Part shown: in pieces, positions 25,453 to 32,000 of the stretch
Layout: every line of letters begins with the position of its first letter
How positions within the stretch are numbered: position 1 is the stretch's first letter
NCBI GenBank assembly: GCA_041662745.1
Contig: JBAZRV010000002.1
Location: forward strand, 90,001-122,000
Source of the DNA: Patescibacteria group bacterium
GTDB lineage: Bacteria; Patescibacteriota; Patescibacteriia; 2-01-FULL-39-33
Reading direction: 5' to 3'
Length of the DNA stretch: 32,000 nucleotides
Translations under genes and position numbers: made by a program
Notes under the pieces: generated by a model
What the model saw: the letters and a program-made list of their open reading frames with translations, nothing else
Told to the model about the DNA's origin: nothing
The model's database searches: none

Positions 25453-27156
25453 ATGGCCGAGACAAACAAAAACTTTTGGCAAAAAAATGAAAAAAAGATT
25501 TTGTGGCTGATTATAATTTTAGCGGTGATCTTAAGATTCTGGAATATTTCTACTTTTGATGTCATGGTTGACCACGCCCTTTATTCCGTTCGCGCGCTGG
25601 GTTGGTTTGATTATTTGGGCGGCGGCCAAACCGCCCCTGTTCAGTGGTTCGGCACGATCCCTGCTTGGGCGCTATTATCTTTCCATGACTGCCCACCCTT
25701 GGTTTTTTTCATCCAGAAAATATTTTTTTCTATTTTAGGTGATAATACTTTTGCCTCCAGATTACCCCATGCCTTAGCCGGAATTTTGAGCGTACTCTTG
25801 GTTTATCTGTCGGTAAAGAAAATCAAAAGCGTCCAAGCCGCTCTGTGGTCGGCCGTTGTTATGGCTGTTTCTTCTTATGCCGTCTGGGCTTCTTATGCTG
25901 GCTATCTGGAGGGAGTGGAAGTTTTGTTTATCGTGTTAAGCTTGTATTTTTTCATTTGTTATCTGGCCGATGGCAAAAATAAGAATCTTTATTGGTGGGC
26001 AGCAGCCGCCGGCTTGGCTTTCTTGTCTAAATACACTTCTGTTTTCTTGCTGCCCGTCGGCTTATTATGCTTACTTGGCCTTAATTATCGCGCGCTTAAG
26101 AATAGTTGGCAGAAAATTTTTTACTCCCTGTTGATTTTTTTGGGCGTAATCTCACCGGTGATTTTTTATAATATCATGGTTTTTAAATACCGCGGTCATT
26201 TTGACGCTTCATTGTCCGCCATGGTCGGCATGCACCCGCAAGATTATTCGGCGATTGCCGTTCGGGTGGTCAACGCTAATATTATTGGAAATTTTTCCAA
26301 TTTAATAAATTGCTTTCCCCTGGGCAGTTCTTGGCCCTTGGTCGCGATTTTTATTTTGGCCCTGACTTATCTTTTATTTAAGACCATTCGCGGTCGAAGC
26401 GGCAAGGCGGAAATTTTTATCTTAGCGAACGTCTTGGCCGCCGGATTAATGTTTTGCTTCGGCGAGCCGGCCTACCGGCAGGTTTCTATTTTTATACCGT
26501 TTTTAGTTATTGTGGCCGCCATTCTTTTTGCCGATCTTAGCGTTTACTTATCAGGCAAAAAATATCATTTAGGTGGTGTTTTTAAGTTATTGGCTTTAGC
26601 CGTACTAGTGGCGGAGTTCGGTTATTGCGTGAATACTAATATCTTGCTTAAGTCCTGGGGTAGCGCTCCCTGGTTTTCTTCTTCCCAGCGCTTAGCCAGT
26701 AATGGCTGGAATGAATTGGAAATATATTGGCGTGATAATTTATTGCCGCCGGTTATGGATCGGCAGAAAATCAGGCGGCTGGAGGAAATGCCGCTCAGTT
26801 CGCGGGATTTTTCCGGCAAGAATGTTATTTTTTATGATGATAATGTAAATTGGTTTTCTTCTATGTGGTATATCGAAAAATACCCGTTGTATTATCGCGT
26901 TCCGCTTTTGCCGCTGTCTTATTTATTGAATCAGCCCCAAGCCCTGGAGCAGTTTAGATCTTTTGGCGCTAAGGATTTTTATTATGTTTCCATTGTTAAT
27001 CCGCAAGCCACAGATCCCGTGGTCAGTAAAAATGAGTCTTTGATGAAAGCCATTGAGCAATTAAACGCCAAATTGGTTGAGGATAAAATCGGTTTTGTGG
27101 AAATTAAAAACGCCGAGGGCGAGGCGGCCTTCAGGATTTATAAATTAAATTATTAA
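25453..27156 (+). CDS. GT39/ArnT-like membrane glycosyltransferase
   Basis: 567 aa, many TM segments; N-terminal 'FWNISTFDVMVDHALYSVRALGWFDYLG', 'CPPLVFFIQKIFFSILGDNTFASRLPHALAGILSVLLVYLSVKK'. Confidence 0.85.
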   Translation: MAETNKNFWQKNEKKILWLIIILAVILRFWNISTFDVMVDHALYSVRALGWFDYLGGGQTAPVQWFGTIPAWALLSFHDCPPLVFFIQKIFFSILGDNTFASRLPHALAGILSVLLVYLSVKKIKSVQAALWSAVVMAVSSYAVWASYAGYLEGVEVLFIVLSLYFFICYLADGKNKNLYWWAAAAGLAFLSKYTSVFLLPVGLLCLLGLNYRALKNSWQKIFYSLLIFLGVISPVIFYNIMVFKYRGHFDASLSAMVGMHPQDYSAIAVRVVNANIIGNFSNLINCFPLGSSWPLVAIFILALTYLLFKTIRGRSGKAEIFILANVLAAGLMFCFGEPAYRQVSIFIPFLVIVAAILFADLSVYLSGKKYHLGGVFKLLALAVLVAEFGYCVNTNILLKSWGSAPWFSSSQRLASNGWNELEIYWRDNLLPPVMDRQKIRRLEEMPLSSRDFSGKNVIFYDDNVNWFSSMWYIEKYPLYYRVPLLPLSYLLNQPQALEQFRSFGAKDFYYVSIVNPQATDPVVSKNESLMKAIEQLNAKLVEDKIGFVEIKNAEGEAAFRIYKLNY

Positions 27157-27174
27157 CGCTAATCGTTATTTGCT

Positions 27175-27897
27175 ATGAAAGATATTTTATTATTGCCCAC
27201 CTACAACGAGAGAGAGAATGTCAAAATGATTATTCCTGAAATTTTTTCCCTTATTCCCGAAATAGTAGTCATGGTTATCGATGATAATTCACCTGACGGC
27301 ACGGCGCAAGCGGTGCAAGAGTTGATGACGATTTATCCCCGGTTAAGAATTTTGAAACGAGAAAAAAAGACCGGACTGGGCAATGCCTATAAGGAGGCGA
27401 TGCGTTTGGTTATGGCTGAAGACGGTGTCCGCTCGGTTATCACTATGGATGCCGATGGTTCTCATCAGCCCAAGTATTTGGTTGATTTTTTGGCTAATAT
27501 TAATGATTATGATTTAATCATTGGTTCGCGCTATATCCGGGGTGGCGGCGTAGAGAACTGGGAATTTTGGCGCCGTTGTTTAAGCCGTTTCGGCAATATT
27601 TATTCCAAGATTCTTACCGGCCTGCCGATTAATGATTTCACCGCCGGTTTTATGTGTGTTAAGGTGGATTTTTTAAAGCAGTTAGATTTGGTTAGTGCCG
27701 GCGCCTCGGGTTATTCTTTTTTGATTGAATTGAAATTCAATTTGATCCATAACCTAAAAGCCAGAGTCAAGGAAGTGCCGATTATATTCAAAGTGAGAAG
27801 GGAAGGAGAATCCAAGCTGTCTAACTCAATTATCGGCGAGGGAATAATGACCCCGCTAAGAATTTGTTCCAGAAGAATATGGCAGAACAAAAAATAA
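27175..27897 (+). CDS. Polyprenol monophosphomannose synthase-like glycosyltransferase family 2 (Dpm1-like)
   Basis: 'LLPTYNERENVKMIIPEI', 'VMVIDDNSPDGTAQAV', 'TMDADGSHQPKYL', 'IGSRYIRGGGVENWEFWRRCLSRFGNIYSKILTGLPINDFTAGFMCVK'. Confidence 0.93.
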   Translation: MKDILLLPTYNERENVKMIIPEIFSLIPEIVVMVIDDNSPDGTAQAVQELMTIYPRLRILKREKKTGLGNAYKEAMRLVMAEDGVRSVITMDADGSHQPKYLVDFLANINDYDLIIGSRYIRGGGVENWEFWRRCLSRFGNIYSKILTGLPINDFTAGFMCVKVDFLKQLDLVSAGASGYSFLIELKFNLIHNLKARVKEVPIIFKVRREGESKLSNSIIGEGIMTPLRICSRRIWQNKK

Positions 27898-30800
27898 TTT
27901 GCCCGATTTGCCGATCGGCTGACAATAAATTTTACGGCCAGAAAAATAATTTCAATCTGCGGTTATGCCGGGATTGCGATTTGCTTTTTGTTTGGCCGGT
28001 GCCGTTTGATTTAAAAGGAATTTATTCTCAAGATTATTTTGTTAACAGTCGGAATAACAGTGATTTCGGTTATACCAATTATGATCAGGATAAAGAATCA
28101 ATGCGCGAGGTATTTGTAAAAATCATCAGTCAGTTGGAAAAGCTTATCCCAGGTAGAAGAATTTTTGATGTCGGCGCGGCCACCGGTTATTTTTTGGACT
28201 TGACTAAGCAGCGGGGCTGGCAGACCGCGGGAACGGAAATATCTGACTACGCCGCTAAGGTCGCTAATGAACGCGGACATAGGGTTTTTTGCGGTGAGTT
28301 GGATCAGCTGCCAATTGAGGGTAAATTCGATGTGGTGACGATGTGGGACGTACTGGAGCATATTGGCGATCCCCTGGCCTATCTCAAGAAGGCTAATGAC
28401 CTATTGGTTGATGGCGGCTTAGTGGCCATCAATACTGTAGATCGGGGCAGCGCTTTGGCCAGGGTTCTTGGGTTGAATTGGCATTTGATTGTCCCGCCGG
28501 AGCATTTGAATTTTTATTCCCGCGAAAATTTAGAGATCGTTTTGCGACAAGCCGGGTTTGAAATCATTAGTATTTCCACTATCGGAAAGAAATTTTCTCT
28601 GGCGTATATTTTTAAGACGTTGTATTTCTGGCAGGGCTGGGGCTTATGGCGCAGTTTGTCAGTGTTTTTTGACAAACCGTTTTGGCGCCGCTGGTCTTTG
28701 CCGGTAAACTTGCGTGACAATATTTATATTTTGGCGAGAAAGAGAAGCAGTTCGATTGTCCGATTGCCAGGGGAAAACGCCGGTAAGCGAAAAAATTTAT
28801 TAATTTGTGCCGGCATTTATCCGCCGGATATCGGTGGCCCGGCAACTTATGTGAAGGGTTTAGAAAGGGGATTAGCCGAAGAATTTAATGTCAAAATCGT
28901 GACTTACGGCGACCAAGAAGGCCAAGAACCCTCTCACGTTTATAAGATATCTCGCCAACAGCAAGTTGTTTTTAGATATTTAAAATATTTTTGGCAGGTG
29001 GTTAAGTTATTGCCGCAAGCGGATGTTGTTTATATTCAGGGGCCGGTTTCCGAAGGCTTGCCGGCTGCTGTGGCTTGCGGTTTAAGGCGCAAGGCATACC
29101 TATTAAAAATCGTCGGTGATTTTGCTTGGGAGCAGGGCAGCCAGCGTTATGGCGTCAAGGAGAATCTTGATAATTTTCAGCACAATAAATACGGTTTCAA
29201 GATTGAATTATGGCGGCGGATTGAAAAATGGGTGGCGCAGAAAGCCAAGTTGGTTGTCGTTCCCAGTAATTATTTGAAAAAAGTCGTTACCGGTTGGGGC
29301 ATTAAAGCTGACAAAATAAATGTCATCTATAATGCGATTGAAAGAATTGATATTATTGAAAACCGAGAGCAGCTAAGAAATAAGTATGGCCTGGATGGTT
29401 TTGTTATGTTATCGGTCGGTCGCCTAGTCCCCTGGAAGGGCTTGGCCGCCCTGATTGAAGTAGTCAAAGAATTGTCTGCAGAAATTAATGATTTAAAATT
29501 AGTGATTATCGGTGACGGCCCGGAGCGTCAGAATTTGGAGAATTCAGTTAAGGCCAAAGGGTTGGAGAAAAACATTATTTTTACCGGGCAATTAAGCAGG
29601 TCTGAGGTGGCTGCTTACTTGAAGGCCGCAGATTTGTTTATTTTAAACACTTCCTATGAGGGGTTAAGCCATGTTTTAATTGAGGCTATTAAGGCCGATT
29701 TGCCGATAGTTACGACCGCTGTTGGCGGTAATCCTGAATTAATGGAGCAATATGGCCACGGCTTTATGGTGGCCTATAATAATAAGCCGGAGTTGATTCA
29801 AGCAATCAAACAAGCTAGAAAAATTAATCGTCCGATTGAGACGACTGGAGATTTTTTATTGCAGTTCGATTATGATTTTATGGTTAGTCAGACCGGTCGG
29901 TTATTGCGGGCTGAAGCGGTTAGAACCGATATTGCCATTACCGATCAAAGACGAGAGAAAATTTTAAACGACTGTGATCGGCAAACTATTGTTTTAGTTC
30001 AGATTAATTTTAGCCAAGACCATTCGGAAACAGTTTTGCCCCTAGGCATCTTATCGGTCGGCAGCCATTTGAAACGTTGCGGCTATAAAGTTGAACTGGT
30101 AAATATTACGGAAAAACAAATTACTGAGATAGCCGCGATTATCGCCGAGAAAAATCCGCTCTGTGTCGGCTTATCAGTTATGACCGGCGTGCAGACGCGC
30201 CAGAGCGCTGAATTATCCAAAAAAATAAAAACTTTAAATAAGGCCATACCAATTATTTGGGGCGGTATTCATCCGTCGCTTTTGCCAGAGCAGTGTCTGG
30301 GTGAGGATTACATTGATTTCGTAGTTATTTCTGAGGGAGAGATAACTACGACGGAATTAGTAGAAAAAATAATCAGAGGAGGGGATTTTCATGATGTTTT
30401 AGGCATCGGCTATAAGCAAGCCGGAAAAATTACCATCAATCCCAACCGCCCGTTTATTGCCAACCTTGATGATTTCCGCCTTGATTGGTCTTTATTGGAT
30501 TTGGAGCTTTATATTTCTCCGTTGAAAAATTTTAAGCGAGTTATTGCTTACAAGGCCTCGCGCGGTTGCCCGTTTAATTGCTCTTTTTGCTATAATAATG
30601 CCTTTAATCAGAATAAGTGGCGTGTTTGGTCGGTGGAGGCGGTAGCGGAGGACATTAATTGGCTGAAAGAGCATTATCAGATTGATGCCGTTAAATTTTA
30701 CGATGATAATTTTTTTGTTGATAAGAATCGCGCTTGGCAGATCTTAGAAAAAATAAATTTACCGACGCATTTGGAGGTGCGAATTGATACGATTGACGAC

Positions 30801-31415
30801 GACTTGGCTCAAAAACTCAAAGAGTTTAGGGTTTTTGACATGTTAATCGGCGTCGAGTCGGGCAGCGATCGCATTTTAAGTCTAATCGATAAAAGATTTA
30901 CCGTTGATCGTATTTTGGCCGGAGTAAAGCTTTTAGCCAAGTATAATTTACCGGCTACTTATTCGGCGATTGTCGGTTTGCCGACGGAAACCAAGGAAGA
31001 GTTTGACCGAACAGTTGACTTGTTTAATCAAATTAAAAAAATTCAGCCGTCCGCGGTTTTTTCCTTAGGCGCTTATTTGCCTTATCCGGGATCAAAAATG
31101 TATGATTTTGCCATTAAGCAGGGTTTTAAGCCGCCAACTAAAACAGAAGATTGGGGCAAGATTGATCGTTTTAGGAAAGATTTTAGTTCGCCTTGGGTGA
31201 ACGCGCAAAAAGTTTGGCGGATTAGGGAATACTTTAAACTCCTGAATTGGCGGCTTGGTCCAATTATCAAGTGGTTTAAATGGCGCATTGAGCATCGATT
31301 TTTTGCTTGGCCGATAGATATTTATTTAGTGGAATACTTTGGCGGTATAGCTATTGAACAGAGGGGGTTTTTAGGCAAGACACTAAGAAAAATTTATAAT
31401 TTATTAAGAAGATAA
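27879..31415 (+). CDS. Trifunctional fusion: class I SAM-dependent methyltransferase + glycosyltransferase family 4 + B12-binding/radical SAM protein
   Basis: Single uninterrupted frame. MT: zinc-ribbon-like CPICR...CRDC then 'RRIFDVGAATGYFLDL', 'VVTMWDVLEHIGDP'. GT4: 'CAGIYPPDIGGPATYVKGL...SYEGLSHVLIEAIKADLPIVTTAVGGNPELM'. B12/rSAM: 'LPLGILSVGSHLKRCGYKVELV...CVGLSVMTG...IPIIWGGIHPSLLPEQ', 'ASRGCPFNCSFCYNN' (CxxxCxxC at 30567-30590). Track starts at a TTG at 27864; ATG at 27879 preferred. Confidence 0.93.
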   Translation: MAEQKIICPICRSADNKFYGQKNNFNLRLCRDCDLLFVWPVPFDLKGIYSQDYFVNSRNNSDFGYTNYDQDKESMREVFVKIISQLEKLIPGRRIFDVGAATGYFLDLTKQRGWQTAGTEISDYAAKVANERGHRVFCGELDQLPIEGKFDVVTMWDVLEHIGDPLAYLKKANDLLVDGGLVAINTVDRGSALARVLGLNWHLIVPPEHLNFYSRENLEIVLRQAGFEIISISTIGKKFSLAYIFKTLYFWQGWGLWRSLSVFFDKPFWRRWSLPVNLRDNIYILARKRSSSIVRLPGENAGKRKNLLICAGIYPPDIGGPATYVKGLERGLAEEFNVKIVTYGDQEGQEPSHVYKISRQQQVVFRYLKYFWQVVKLLPQADVVYIQGPVSEGLPAAVACGLRRKAYLLKIVGDFAWEQGSQRYGVKENLDNFQHNKYGFKIELWRRIEKWVAQKAKLVVVPSNYLKKVVTGWGIKADKINVIYNAIERIDIIENREQLRNKYGLDGFVMLSVGRLVPWKGLAALIEVVKELSAEINDLKLVIIGDGPERQNLENSVKAKGLEKNIIFTGQLSRSEVAAYLKAADLFILNTSYEGLSHVLIEAIKADLPIVTTAVGGNPELMEQYGHGFMVAYNNKPELIQAIKQARKINRPIETTGDFLLQFDYDFMVSQTGRLLRAEAVRTDIAITDQRREKILNDCDRQTIVLVQINFSQDHSETVLPLGILSVGSHLKRCGYKVELVNITEKQITEIAAIIAEKNPLCVGLSVMTGVQTRQSAELSKKIKTLNKAIPIIWGGIHPSLLPEQCLGEDYIDFVVISEGEITTTELVEKIIRGGDFHDVLGIGYKQAGKITINPNRPFIANLDDFRLDWSLLDLELYISPLKNFKRVIAYKASRGCPFNCSFCYNNAFNQNKWRVWSVEAVAEDINWLKEHYQIDAVKFYDDNFFVDKNRAWQILEKINLPTHLEVRIDTIDDDLAQKLKEFRVFDMLIGVESGSDRILSLIDKRFTVDRILAGVKLLAKYNLPATYSAIVGLPTETKEEFDRTVDLFNQIKKIQPSAVFSLGAYLPYPGSKMYDFAIKQGFKPPTKTEDWGKIDRFRKDFSSPWVNAQKVWRIREYFKLLNWRLGPIIKWFKWRIEHRFFAWPIDIYLVEYFGGIAIEQRGFLGKTLRKIYNLLRR

Positions 31416-31421
31416 CTGTTT

Positions 31422-32000
31422 ATGAGGATTTTAGTTTTCGGATCAGATCCGGCAATTTTAAATAGTTCCTCCAGCGTCGCTCAAAGAGCTATTGATGCCA
31501 GTATTGGTATTGATAAATATTCAGTAATCGTTCCTAATTATTCCGATGTAATAAAGCAGCATCAAGAAAATCTCTGGATTTACGGAGTCAACGCTAAAAA
31601 TAAAATAGTTGCTTCATATAAGATTTATCGCCTGGCCAATCAGCTTTTAAAAAAAGAAAAATTTGATTTAATTACCACCCCCGATGCTTATTATCTGGCT
31701 TTGGCCGGTTGGCTGTTGACCAGAAAAAATAAAATAAAATTAGAAGTTCAAATCCATGGCTTTGAAAAATTTTTTGGTCTGCGGAAACTCATTGCTAAAT
31801 TTGTTTTACCCCGGGCTGATGCCGTCAGGGTTGTCAGTGAGCGGCTCAGAAGAATGATGGTTAGGGAGTTTGGGGTTGTTAATGATAAAATTACGGTCGT
31901 GCCGGTTTTTTCTCCGCCTTACATAAATAATGATAATAGTAATCAGCCAGCGGCAGAACGCCAAGCGGGCAAGTTTGTTTTTTTAACTGTTTCTCGGTTG
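31422..32000 (+). CDS. Glycosyltransferase family 4 (GT-B), N-terminal part, runs off the window
   Basis: Open frame from ATG at 31422: MRILVFGSDPAILNSSSSVAQRAIDASIGIDKYSVIVPNYSD...FDLITTPDAYYLALAGWLLTRKNKIKLEVQIHGFEKFFG...LPRADAVRVVSERLRRMM...VVPVFSPPYI...; not in the supplied ORF track because incomplete. Confidence 0.85.
   Translation, partial: MRILVFGSDPAILNSSSSVAQRAIDASIGIDKYSVIVPNYSDVIKQHQENLWIYGVNAKNKIVASYKIYRLANQLLKKEKFDLITTPDAYYLALAGWLLTRKNKIKLEVQIHGFEKFFGLRKLIAKFVLPRADAVRVVSERLRRMMVREFGVVNDKITVVPVFSPPYINNDNSNQPAAERQAGKFVFLTVSRL

Noticed and set aside
1-32000. Alternative genetic code (TGA as Gly, as in SR1/Gracilibacteria)
   Set aside because: TGA terminates a well-supported gene (HD hydrolase at 10657, ending LIAGA-TGA) and Trp is normally encoded by TGG in conserved motifs; code 11 fits.
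1-32000. CRISPR arrays, transposons, prophage or retron-like systems
   Set aside because: No regularly spaced direct repeats, transposase, integrase, reverse transcriptase or phage structural proteins recognised.

Overview
32 kb window with the character of a Patescibacteria/CPR-like genome (inferred from gene families and surface-protein style; TGA is read as stop, e.g. the gene at 10657-11361, and Trp is TGG, so no TGA recoding). Main blocks: (1) ECF sigma factor plus a membrane-anchored DUF5667-like partner, followed by a ~400 nt structured leader and a large surface protein; (2) TPR lipoprotein-like gene, O-antigen ligase/TPR protein, and an FN3 surface protein sharing a module with the first surface protein; (3) stand-alone RSH-type HD hydrolase; (4) a second ECF sigma factor plus small membrane protein, then a MacA/MacB-like export cassette bracketed by two DUF5666-like proteins; (5) an AT-rich ORFan beside tRNA-Glu(CUC); (6) a surface glycan/glycosylation cluster (second O-antigen ligase-like protein, four GT4 domains, short UDP-sugar dehydrogenase, GT39-like, Dpm1-like). 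The most notable observations are a three-part fusion ORF (SAM methyltransferase + GT4 + B12-binding/radical SAM), an exact-period 183 bp diverged tandem duplication that duplicated a divergent promoter with both gene starts, a 22 bp perfect palindrome inside the glycan cluster, and the structured leader upstream of the surface protein. No CRISPR array, recognisable transposase, integrase or defence system was seen.
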